Shown here: positions 46,445-54,928 of the stretch, piece after piece
Numbering within the stretch: position 1 is the first letter of the stretch
How the letters are laid out: each line of letters starts with the position of its first letter
Assembly: GCA_031414975.1 (NCBI GenBank)
Contig: JANOQS010000123.1
Span: forward strand, 1,155 to 65,154
Length of the DNA: 64,000 nt
Source of the DNA: Methylibium sp.
GTDB taxonomy: Bacteria; Pseudomonadota; Gammaproteobacteria; Burkholderiales; Burkholderiaceae_C
Reading direction: 5' to 3'
Notes under the pieces: generated by a model
The model's database searches: none
What the model saw: the letters and a program-made list of their open reading frames with translations, nothing else
What the model was told of the DNA's origin: nothing
Translations under genes and position numbers: made by a program

Positions 46445-48910
46445 ATGAAGAAAATGAAACTGGTCGTCGTCGGCAATGGCATGGCCGGCATCCGCGCGGT
46501 CGAAGAACTGCTGAAGATGGCACCCGACCTGTACGAGATCACCGTGTTCGGCGCCGAGCCGCACCCGAACTACAACCGCATCCTGCTCAGCCCGGTGCTG
46601 GCCGGCGAGCAGACGGTGGACGAGATCATCCTCAACCCGCTGGCGTGGTACGCCGAGAACGGCATCACCCTGCACACCGGCTGCAAGGTGGTGGACGTGC
46701 TGCGCGGCCGGCGCATCGTCAAGGCGGTGGCCAGCGATGGCCGCGAGATGGAGATGGAGTACGACCGGCTGCTGCTGGCCACCGGCTCGTTCCCGTTCAT
46801 TCTGCCGGTGCCGGGCAAGGACCTGCAGGGCGTGATCGCCTACCGCGACATCGCCGACACGAACACGATGATCGACGCGGCCGCGAAGTACAAACACGCG
46901 GTCGTGATCGGCGGCGGCCTGCTGGGCCTGGAGGCGGCCAACGGGTTGATGCTGCGCGGCATGCAGGTCACGGTGGTGCACATCATGCCGTGGCTGATGG
47001 AGCGGCAACTCGACGACGTGTCGGCGCGCATGCTGCAGAAGTCGCTCGAAGACCGCGGCCTCACGTTCATGCTCGGCGCGCAGACGCAGGCGCTGATCGG
47101 CAACGAGGAGGGGCGTGTGAAGGCCGTGCAGTTCAAGGACGGCACCCAGATCCCCGCCGACCTGGTGGTGATGGCCGCCGGCATTCGCCCCAACACCGAG
47201 CTGGCCGAAAAGATCGGCCTGCATTGCAGCCGTGGCATCGTCGTCAACGACACCTTGCAGACGGTGACCGACCCGCGCATCTACTCGGTCGGCGAATGCG
47301 CCGCGCACCGCGGCATTGCCTACGGCCTGGTGGCGCCGCTGTTCGAGCAGGGCAAGGTCTGCGCCACGCACCTGGCGCACTTCGGCATCGGCCGCTACAC
47401 AGGCTCGCAGACGTCTACCAAGCTCAAGGTCACCGGCATCGACCTGTTCTCGGCCGGCAACTTCATGGGCAAGGCCTCCGGCAAACCGGAAGACGCCGAC
47501 TGCGAAGAGATCGTGATGAGCGACCCGTACGGCGGCGTCTACAAGAAGCTCGTGATCAAGGACGACAAGCTGATCGGCGCCTGCATGTACGGCGACACGG
47601 TGGATGGCTCGTGGTACTTCAAACTCCTGCGCGAAGGCCGCAGAATAGGCGACATCCGCGACAAGCTGATGTTCGGCGAATCGAACATCGGCGACGTGGG
47701 CCACCAGGGCCACAACAAGGCCGCGGCGATGGCCGACGCCGACGAGGTGTGCGGCTGCAACGGCGTGAGCAAGGGCACCATCTGCAAGGCCATCAAGGAA
47801 AAGGGCCTGTTCACCTTGGACGAAGTGCGCAAGTGCACCAAGGCGAGTGCGAGTTGCGGCTCGTGCACCGGGCTGGTGGAGCAGTTGCTGATGTTCACGG
47901 CCGGCGGCGACTATTCGGCCGCGCCGACCAAGAAGGCGATGTGCGGCTGCACCGACGCGAGCCACCAGGAGACGCGCGAGGTCATCAAGGCCGAGCATTT
48001 GCTGACGATCGCGGGCGTCTACCAGCGCCTGGGCTGGCGCACGCCGAACGGTTGTTCGTCGTGCCGCCCGGCGGTCAACTACTACCTGATCAGCACCTGG
48101 CCGAAAGAGGCCAGGGACGACCCGCAGAGCCGCTTCATCAACGAGCGCAGCCACGCCAACATCCAGAAGGACGGCACCTACAGCGTGATCCCGCGCATGT
48201 GGGGCGGTGAGACCACGGCTGACGAGTTGCGCCGCATTGCCAACGCGGTGGACAAGTACAACATCCCCACCGTCAAGGTCACCGGCGGCCAGCGCATCGA
48301 CCTGCTGGGCGTGAAGAAGGAAGACCTGCCGGCGGTGTGGAAGGACATCGGCATGCCCAGCGGCCACGCGTATGCCAAGGCGCTGCGCACCGTGAAGACG
48401 TGTGTCGGCAGCGAGTGGTGCCGCTTCGGCACGCAGGACAGCACGCAGATGGGCAAGGACCTGGAGCGTGCGATGTGGCGCATGTACGCACCGCACAAGG
48501 TCAAGTTCGCGGTCAGCGGCTGCCCGCGCAATTGCGCCGAGGCGGGCATCAAGGACGTCGGCATCATCGGCGTCGATTCGGGCTGGGAGATGTACGTGGC
48601 CGGCAACGGCGGCATCAAGACCGAGGTGGCGCATTTCTTCGTCAAGTTGAAGACGCCGGCCGAGGTGCTGGAGTACACCGGCGCGTTCTGCCAGCTCTAC
48701 CGCGAAGAGGGCTGGTACCTGGAGCGCACGGTGCACTACGTGTCGCGTGTGGGCCTGGACCACGTGAAGAAGAAGATCCTCGACGACGCCGAAGGGCGCA
48801 AGGCCTTGTGGGAGCGGCTGCAGTTTTCGCTGGATGGTGAGCCGGACCCGTGGTTCGAGTTCGACAAGGCAGCGGTGGATGAGCGGCAGTTCACGCCGTT
48901 GGCGGTTTGA
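46445..48910 (+). CDS. nirB: NAD(P)H-dependent assimilatory nitrite reductase large subunit
   Basis: 821 aa. FAD/NAD folds (VVGNGMAG, VIGGGLLG), BFD-like CGCNGVSKG, and siroheme/4Fe-4S region VKTCVGSEWCRFG ... SGCPRNC. Confidence 0.95.
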   Translation: MKKMKLVVVGNGMAGIRAVEELLKMAPDLYEITVFGAEPHPNYNRILLSPVLAGEQTVDEIILNPLAWYAENGITLHTGCKVVDVLRGRRIVKAVASDGREMEMEYDRLLLATGSFPFILPVPGKDLQGVIAYRDIADTNTMIDAAAKYKHAVVIGGGLLGLEAANGLMLRGMQVTVVHIMPWLMERQLDDVSARMLQKSLEDRGLTFMLGAQTQALIGNEEGRVKAVQFKDGTQIPADLVVMAAGIRPNTELAEKIGLHCSRGIVVNDTLQTVTDPRIYSVGECAAHRGIAYGLVAPLFEQGKVCATHLAHFGIGRYTGSQTSTKLKVTGIDLFSAGNFMGKASGKPEDADCEEIVMSDPYGGVYKKLVIKDDKLIGACMYGDTVDGSWYFKLLREGRRIGDIRDKLMFGESNIGDVGHQGHNKAAAMADADEVCGCNGVSKGTICKAIKEKGLFTLDEVRKCTKASASCGSCTGLVEQLLMFTAGGDYSAAPTKKAMCGCTDASHQETREVIKAEHLLTIAGVYQRLGWRTPNGCSSCRPAVNYYLISTWPKEARDDPQSRFINERSHANIQKDGTYSVIPRMWGGETTADELRRIANAVDKYNIPTVKVTGGQRIDLLGVKKEDLPAVWKDIGMPSGHAYAKALRTVKTCVGSEWCRFGTQDSTQMGKDLERAMWRMYAPHKVKFAVSGCPRNCAEAGIKDVGIIGVDSGWEMYVAGNGGIKTEVAHFFVKLKTPAEVLEYTGAFCQLYREEGWYLERTVHYVSRVGLDHVKKKILDDAEGRKALWERLQFSLDGEPDPWFEFDKAAVDERQFTPLAV

Positions 48911-48929
48911 TGAATACGCTTATTCGGTT

Positions 48930-49200
48930 GTGGGGGGTTCGGGCCGCCGGCGCATGCTGCTCCGCTCATGTCCTCCGGGCCGGAAGAGACTCGGCCCTCC
49001 TCCTTTACTTCGCTACGCAGCAAGCACCACCGTCCCGAACCGGCAACGGTTTTGGCTTTTCGACGGAAGAAGGAGACCGCTGCAAGCCGGGGGCGTCGGG
49101 TGGGGGACGTAGCGAAGTAAAGGAGGAGAGACGGGGCAGGGCCCCCGGCTCGGGGGACATGAGCGGAGTTCCCCGCCCGATGGCCACGGCCCGCACCACC
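48930..49200. repeat. Long imperfect inverted repeat filling the nirB-nirD spacer
   Basis: Perfect pairing blocks are 48961-48973 with 49155-49167 (13 bp) and 48997-49017 with 49108-49128 (21 bp). Weaker complementarity flanks them. Confidence 0.75.
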
Positions 49201-49234
49201 CGGAAAGCCCGGAACACATGGAAGGTGATGTGAG

Positions 49235-49609
49235 ATGAACTGGAAACTGATCTGCAAGCTCGGCGACATCATCCCGCTCGGCTCGCGCCGGGTGCACCGT
49301 GCACAAGGTGGCGACGTGGCGCTGTTCCGCGCCGCCGACGACCATGTGTTTGCGTTGCTCGATCGTTGCCCGCACAAGGGCGGGCCGCTGAGCCAGGGCA
49401 TTGTGTTCGGGCACAACGTGGCGTGCCCGTTGCACAACTGGACGATTCAGTTGAACGACGGTTGTGCCAAGGCGCCTGACGAAGGTTGCACGGTGGCCTT
49501 CAAGGTCAAGGTGGAGCATGAGCACATCTACCTCGATGCCGATGAGCTGAGCAGCCTGGCCTTGACCGCGCCGATCACCGTTGTCGAAAAGGCCAAGGCG
49601 GCGGCGTGA
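49235..49609 (+). CDS. nirD: Nitrite reductase small subunit (Rieske-like fold)
   Basis: 124 aa. CPHKGGPLSQG and CPLHNW motifs. Confidence 0.9.
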   Translation: MNWKLICKLGDIIPLGSRRVHRAQGGDVALFRAADDHVFALLDRCPHKGGPLSQGIVFGHNVACPLHNWTIQLNDGCAKAPDEGCTVAFKVKVEHEHIYLDADELSSLALTAPITVVEKAKAAA

Positions 49610-52521
49610 TTGCGATCGTCCCTGCACCGCGCGAAACGAAGTCGACCTGCCCCTATTGCGGGGTGGGCTGCGGCGTGATCGTCGAATCGCAGGGCACCCA
49701 GATCACCGGCGTGCGCGGTGACCCTGATCACCCGGCCAACTTCGGGCGGCTGTGCAGCAAAGGCAGCACCCTGCACCTGACCGCGTCTAACGAGATCACG
49801 CTGCAGACGCGCCTGCTGCAGCCGATGCGGCGCGCCACGCGCGGTGCGGCGCCGCAGGCGGTGGGGTGGGACGACGCGCTGGGCGACGCGGCCGAACGCT
49901 TTGCATCGATCATCGAACAGCATGGCCCGGACTCTGTCGGTTTCTACCTGTCGGGCCAGTTGCTGACCGAGGACTACTACGTCTTCAACAAGCTCGCCAA
50001 GGGCCTGGTCGGCACCAACAACGTCGACACCAATTCGCGCCTGTGCATGAGCAGCGCGGTGGCCGGCTACAAGGCCTCGCTGGGCGCCGACGCGCCGCCG
50101 GCCTGCTACGAAGACATCGGCCTGGCGCAGACGGTCTTCATCACCGGCTCGAACATGGCCTGGGCCCACCCGGTGCTGTTCCGCCGGCTCGAAGACGCGC
50201 GCGCCGCCAACCCGTTGATGAAGCTGATCGTGGCCGACCCGCGCCGCACCGAAACCGCCGACGTGGCCGACCTGCACCTGCCACTGCTGCCCGGCACCGA
50301 CGTGGCGCTGTACCACGGCCTGCTGCACGTGATGATGTGGGAAGGGCTGACCGACACGGCCTTCATCGCCGCACACACCAGCGGCTTCGAGGTGCTGCGC
50401 GATCGGGTGCGCGAGTTCACGCCCAAGCATGTGGCGCAGGTGTGCGGGTTGAAGGAAGATCACATCGTGCAGGCCGCGCGCTGGATTGCCGGAAGCGTCG
50501 AGGGCGAAACATCAAAGCGCGCGCCAACGCTGTCGCTCTACTGCCAGGGCCTGAACCAGAGCAGCAGCGGCACCGACAAGAACACCGCGCTGATCAACCT
50601 GCACCTGGCCACCGGGCAGATCGGCAAGCCGGGTGCCGGGCCGTTCTCGCTCACCGGCCAACCCAACGCGATGGGCGGGCGCGAGGTGGGCGGCCTGGCG
50701 AATCTGCTGAGCGCGCACCGCGAACTGGGCAACCCGCGCCACCGCACCGAAGTGGCGGCGCTGTGGGGGCTCGAAGGCGGCGAAGCGGCGGTGCCTTCGA
50801 AGCCGGGCAAGAGCGCGGTCGAGATGTTCCAGGCCGCCGCCGACGGCGAGATCCGCGCTCTGTGGATCGCCTGCACCAACCCGGCCCAGTCGATGCCCGA
50901 CCAGGCGACCGTGCGGCGCGCGCTGCAGCGCTGCGAGTTCGTGGTCGTGCAGGAGGCCTATGCCACCACCGCCACCTGCGCCTATGCCGACCTGCTGCTG
51001 CCGGCCACCACCTGGGGCGAGAAGGACGGCACCGTGACCAACAGCGAGCGCCGCATCAGCCGCGTGCGCCCGGCGGTGGCGGCGCCGGGGCAGACGCGGC
51101 ACGACTGGGCGATCGGCATCGACTTTGCGCGCCGGCTCGAACAGCGGCTGCGGCGCACGCAGGCGCCGCGCCGTGCACACGGTGCGAGCCTGTTCGAATT
51201 CGACGGCGCCGAGAGCGTGTGGAACGAACACCGCGAAAGCACGCGCGGGCGCGACCTCGACATCACCGGCCTGAGCTACGCCACGCTCGAGGTGCCGCAA
51301 CAGTGGCCGATGCCGCACGGCGCCACCTCTGGCCGCGCGCGCCTTTACGAAGAAGGCCGCTTTGCCACCGACGACGGCCGCGCGCGCTTCACCGCGCCCG
51401 TGTACCGGCCGGTCAGCGAGCCGCGCGATGCGCGCTTCCCTGTCTCGCTGACGACCGGCCGCTTGCGCGACCAGTGGCACGGCATGAGCCGCACCGGCAC
51501 CCTGGGCCGGCTGTTCGGCCACGCTGCCGAGCCCTGCATCGAGATGCACCCGCAAGAGCTGGCGCGCCGCAAGTGGGTGGCCGGCGACCTGGTGCGCGTG
51601 CGCTCGCGGCGTGGCGAACTGGTGCTGCCGGTGCAGCCCAGCGACCGCGTGACGCCGGCACAGGCTTTCATCGCGATGCACTGGGGCGAAGAGTTCGTCA
51701 GCGGCCGCAGCGCCAAGAACGAGTTGATGCTGGGCGTGAACGCGCTGACGTCGCCGGCCTTCTGCCCGCTGTCCAAACAGCCCGAGCTGAAGCACGCGGC
51801 GGTGCGCATGGAAGGCGCCGCGCTGCCCTGGAATCTGCTTGCCGCCGCATGGCTGCCGGCGGGCGAAGTGCACGCGGTGCGCGAACGGCTGCGCGCCAGC
51901 TTCGGCCAGTTCGACTATGCGTCGTGCGTGCCGTTCGGGCGCGAACCGGCCGGGCGGGTGGGCCTGCTGTTCCGTGCCGCCGCCGCCGCGCCGGTGGCCG
52001 ACGCGGTGCTGGCCAACATCGAACAGGCGCTCGGCCTGCACGGCGCGCCGGTGCTGCGCTACACCGACCCGAAGCATGGCCAGCGCCGTGCGATGCGCCT
52101 GGGCGAAGGCGACGGCGACGGCGAGGGCGAGGGCGAAGGCGAAGGCGAAGGCGAAGGGCAGGCTGCCGAGGCGGCCACCCTGCAAGCCTTTTTGCTCGCC
52201 GGCGACACGCGCGCGCAGGCCTGGGTGCTGGCCCTGCTGCAGGACGAACAACCGGCGCGTTCGTTCGGCCGCGCGCTGCTGGAGAGCCGCTCCAAACCAC
52301 CCGGCGCCGCCGTTGCGCGCGGCAAGCAGGTGTGCAATTGCCTGGACGTGAGCGAGCCGCAGATCCTGGCGGCCTTGGGCACGGCCACCGGTTCGGCCGA
52401 TGCTCGCCTGGCGCAGTTGCAGGCCACGCTGAAGTGCGGCACGAGTTGCGGCTCGTGCCTGCCGGCCTTGCGAACGATGGTGCGCGACAGCCTCACTGCC
52501 GCTTCTGCTGCTGCGGCATGA
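49606..52521 (+). CDS. nasA: Assimilatory nitrate reductase catalytic subunit (molybdopterin) with C-terminal extension and BFD-like 2Fe-2S domain
   Basis: The GTG start overlaps the nirD stop. N-terminal CPYCGVGCG 4Fe-4S motif, MopB body, C-terminal CNC...CGTSCGSC. Confidence 0.9.
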   Translation: MIAIVPAPRETKSTCPYCGVGCGVIVESQGTQITGVRGDPDHPANFGRLCSKGSTLHLTASNEITLQTRLLQPMRRATRGAAPQAVGWDDALGDAAERFASIIEQHGPDSVGFYLSGQLLTEDYYVFNKLAKGLVGTNNVDTNSRLCMSSAVAGYKASLGADAPPACYEDIGLAQTVFITGSNMAWAHPVLFRRLEDARAANPLMKLIVADPRRTETADVADLHLPLLPGTDVALYHGLLHVMMWEGLTDTAFIAAHTSGFEVLRDRVREFTPKHVAQVCGLKEDHIVQAARWIAGSVEGETSKRAPTLSLYCQGLNQSSSGTDKNTALINLHLATGQIGKPGAGPFSLTGQPNAMGGREVGGLANLLSAHRELGNPRHRTEVAALWGLEGGEAAVPSKPGKSAVEMFQAAADGEIRALWIACTNPAQSMPDQATVRRALQRCEFVVVQEAYATTATCAYADLLLPATTWGEKDGTVTNSERRISRVRPAVAAPGQTRHDWAIGIDFARRLEQRLRRTQAPRRAHGASLFEFDGAESVWNEHRESTRGRDLDITGLSYATLEVPQQWPMPHGATSGRARLYEEGRFATDDGRARFTAPVYRPVSEPRDARFPVSLTTGRLRDQWHGMSRTGTLGRLFGHAAEPCIEMHPQELARRKWVAGDLVRVRSRRGELVLPVQPSDRVTPAQAFIAMHWGEEFVSGRSAKNELMLGVNALTSPAFCPLSKQPELKHAAVRMEGAALPWNLLAAAWLPAGEVHAVRERLRASFGQFDYASCVPFGREPAGRVGLLFRAAAAAPVADAVLANIEQALGLHGAPVLRYTDPKHGQRRAMRLGEGDGDGEGEGEGEGEGEGQAAEAATLQAFLLAGDTRAQAWVLALLQDEQPARSFGRALLESRSKPPGAAVARGKQVCNCLDVSEPQILAALGTATGSADARLAQLQATLKCGTSCGSCLPALRTMVRDSLTAASAAAA
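52102..52158 (+). repeat. In-frame GGC-GA(R/C) hexanucleotide microsatellite encoding a (Gly-Glu/Asp)9 linker
   Basis: ggcgaaggcgacggcgacggcgagggcgagggcgaaggcgaaggcgaaggcgaaggg, inside nasA. Confidence 0.9.
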
Positions 52522-52528
52522 TCAAGCG

Positions 52529-53503
52529 ATGAGCATCTCCAAATACATCCGCGAAATCGGCCGCGGCAAGGAAGGCGCCCGATCGCTCGACGCTGCGCAG
52601 GCGCAGGACCTGATGACGCAGGTGCTCGAAGGCCGCGTCACCGATCTCGAGATCGGCGCGTTCGCCTTGGCGATGCGCATCAAGGGCGAAACACCAGCCG
52701 AGCTGGCGGGCTTTCTGGCGGCGACGCAGGCGCATTGCCTGGCGCCGGCATCGGAGCGCGCGGCCGTCTGGCTGCCCAGCTACAACGGCGCGCGCAAGCT
52801 GCCCAACCTGACGCCGCTGCTGGCGCTGTTGCTGGCGCGCGAGGGCGTGGCGGTGCTGGTGCACGGCCCGGTCAGCGAGCCGGGGCGCGTGGCCACGGCT
52901 GAAATCTTCTCTGCGCTCGGCCTGCCTGGCCTGCCGATGGCCAACGACACGGCCGCGATCGAACGCGCCTGGCAACGCGGCGAGCCGACCTTCGTTCCGA
53001 CCGAGGTGCTGTGCCCGCCGCTGGCGCGCCTGCTGGCGGTGCGGCGCGTGGTGGGCCTGCGCAACTCGGGCCACACGGTGGCGAAGGTGCTGCACCCGGC
53101 CGCCGGTGCGCCGGCCGCTGGGGTGTTCCGCGTCGTCAACCACACCCACCCGGAATACGCCGAACTGCTGACGCGCTTCCTGGCCGAGACCGGTGCCAAT
53201 GCGATGCTGCTGCGCGGCACCGAAGGCGAGCCGGTGGCCGACGCGCGGCGCACCCCGCGCATGGACGTGTTCTGCGCCGGCGTGGGCAGCGACGACCTGA
53301 GCGTGCCGGCCCGCGAAGGTGTGCTGACGCACCTGCCCGAGGTGCCGCGCACCTGCGACGTGGCCAGCACCGCGGCCTACATCGGCGCTGTGCTGAACGG
53401 CACGTTGCCGGCGCCCGAGCCGATCGCGCTTCAAGTCGATGCCATCGTGCGCGCGCTGAATCGGATTCGAACTTCGACCCCCCTCCATGAACTTGTTGCC
53501 TGA
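52529..53503 (+). CDS. YbiB / TrpD2-like protein (anthranilate phosphoribosyltransferase-like fold)
   Basis: N-terminal IREIGRGKEGARSL, EIGAFALAMRIKGET and a glycosyltransferase-family-3-like core. Recognised from memory. Confidence 0.65.
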   Translation: MSISKYIREIGRGKEGARSLDAAQAQDLMTQVLEGRVTDLEIGAFALAMRIKGETPAELAGFLAATQAHCLAPASERAAVWLPSYNGARKLPNLTPLLALLLAREGVAVLVHGPVSEPGRVATAEIFSALGLPGLPMANDTAAIERAWQRGEPTFVPTEVLCPPLARLLAVRRVVGLRNSGHTVAKVLHPAAGAPAAGVFRVVNHTHPEYAELLTRFLAETGANAMLLRGTEGEPVADARRTPRMDVFCAGVGSDDLSVPAREGVLTHLPEVPRTCDVASTAAYIGAVLNGTLPAPEPIALQVDAIVRALNRIRTSTPLHELVA

Positions 53504-54290
53504 CCCCTTCAAACCTCCCACCGTCACGCTGGTCGGCGCCGGCCCCGGCGACCCGGACCTGCTGACGATCCGTGCCGTCAAGGCCATCCGCCGCGCCAGC
53601 GTGCTGCTGGTCGACGACCTGGTCGGCGACGGTGTGCTGCGTTACGCGCGCAAGAGCGCACGCGTGGTGCACGTGGGCAAACGTGGCGGTTGCCAGAGCA
53701 CGCCGCAGGAATTCATCCACCGCCTGATGGTGGCGCAGGCGAAAGCCGGCGAACGCGTGGTGCGTCTGAAGGGTGGCGACCCGTTCGTGTTCGGCCGCGG
53801 CGGCGAAGAGTGCGATGCGCTGCGAGAGGCGGGCATCGAGGTCGAGGTCGTCAGCGGGCTGACCGCGGGCATCGCCGGGCCGGCGTCCATCGGTCTGCCG
53901 GTCACCGACCGGCGCCACTCACGCGGCGTCGCGCTCGTCACCGGCCACCAGCAACCCGGCGGCGACGGGCCGGACTGGGCCGCGCTGGCGCGCAGCGGCC
54001 TGACCCTGGTGATCTACATGGGCGTGGCGCGCTGCGCGCAGATCGTGGGTGAACTGGTGGCGGCGGGTCTGTCGCCCGAAACGCCGGCCGCAGTGATCTC
54101 GAACGCCTGCGGCGCCGATCAGCGGCAGGCCTTGTGCAGTCTGGCGTCGCTGCCTGAAACCGTCGAAGCCGGCGCCTTCGCCAGCCCGGCGCTGCTGGTG
54201 ATCGGTGATGTGGTCAGTGCCGCGCCGGCGTGGGGGGCGCAGTCAGAATCAGGCCAGCCAGTTGTCCAGGGCCAATCCGCCCACTCTTGA
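53487..54290 (+). CDS. cobA: Uroporphyrinogen-III C-methyltransferase (siroheme branch)
   Basis: LVGAGPGDPDLLT, LKGGDPFVFGRGGEE and VSGLTAG motifs. Overlaps the ybiB-like gene end by 17 nt. Confidence 0.9.
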   Translation: MNLLPDPFKPPTVTLVGAGPGDPDLLTIRAVKAIRRASVLLVDDLVGDGVLRYARKSARVVHVGKRGGCQSTPQEFIHRLMVAQAKAGERVVRLKGGDPFVFGRGGEECDALREAGIEVEVVSGLTAGIAGPASIGLPVTDRRHSRGVALVTGHQQPGGDGPDWAALARSGLTLVIYMGVARCAQIVGELVAAGLSPETPAAVISNACGADQRQALCSLASLPETVEAGAFASPALLVIGDVVSAAPAWGAQSESGQPVVQGQSAHS

Positions 54291-54650
54291 GAACTCGCCC
54301 ACCTTGTCGGTCACCAGAACCGCGCCGGTCGCGAGCGCCTGAGCGGCGATCAGCAGGTCGTTGGGGCCGATCACCTGGCCACGGCGCTCCAGGTCAGTAC
54401 GCAGCGCGCCGTAGTGGCGCGCTGCGGCGGCATCGAAGTTCACCACCTCGAAGCCCTGCAGGAGGGCGTCGAAAACGCGCCGGTTCAGTTCCGGCTTGGC
54501 GCTCTTGACGATTCCGTACTCGATCTCTGCCATCACCACCGACGACAGCATCAGTTGGCTGGCGAGCAGCAAATCGAGGCGCTCGGCGATGCCCGGGCGA
54601 TTCTTGCTGACGGCAATCAGGATGTTGGTATCGAGCAGGTACCGAGCCAT
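54249..54650 (-). CDS. vapC: PIN-domain toxin VapC
   Basis: YLLDTNILI N-terminus, 133 aa. Its 3' end overlaps the cobA 3' end by 42 nt (convergent). Confidence 0.85.
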   Translation of the reverse strand: MARYLLDTNILIAVSKNRPGIAERLDLLLASQLMLSSVVMAEIEYGIVKSAKPELNRRVFDALLQGFEVVNFDAAAARHYGALRTDLERRGQVIGPNDLLIAAQALATGAVLVTDKVGEFSRVGGLALDNWLA

Positions 54651-54655
54651 CGGCT

Positions 54656-54895
54656 TCAGTCCAGATCAACGCGCAGGGGGGTGATTGCCAGGTCGGGCGG
54701 CAGGGCGATGTCCAGCCCGCCCAGCGCCCACACCTCGGCCATTGCCTGCGCGGCAGTCTGCGTCGAGCGTGGTTCGGGGACCAGTCGCGCAATCGCTTTG
54801 CCGCGCCGTGCAATCACGATCTCTTCACCCGCTTCGACCCGTTCCAGCAGGGAGGAAAGCTGTGCCTTGGCTTGCGCGATCTGGACGGTTTCCAT
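54656..54895 (-). CDS. Phd/YefM-type antitoxin (VapB partner)
   Basis: 79 aa. The METVQIAQAKAQLSSLLERVEAGEEIVIARRGKAIARLVP pattern is typical of the Phd/YefM family. Confidence 0.8.
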   Translation of the reverse strand: METVQIAQAKAQLSSLLERVEAGEEIVIARRGKAIARLVPEPRSTQTAAQAMAEVWALGGLDIALPPDLAITPLRVDLD

Positions 54896-54913
54896 AGGGG
54901 ATTCCCTTCAAGA

Positions 54914-54928
54914 TGACCAACTTGGTCA
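54914..54928. promoter_or_regulatory. Perfect palindrome upstream of the antitoxin gene (candidate TA operator)
   Basis: TGACCAA-C-TTGGTCA lies 19 nt upstream of the antitoxin ATG and overlaps the rarD stop codon. Confidence 0.5.

Noticed and set aside
38819-48763. Very long ORFs 38819..41410(-), 41400..43073(-), 43769..46441(+) and 46256..48763(-)
   Set aside because: Each is antisense or out of frame to a confidently identified nas-cluster gene. Their sequences are dominated by R, A, G, H and Q runs.
48907-49437. ORFs 48907..49233(+), 48736..49437(-) and 49013..49627(-) inside the nirB-nirD spacer
   Set aside because: They lie within the long inverted repeat and have poor composition, no RBS context and no similarity that I recognise. 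The region is better explained as a structured non-coding element.
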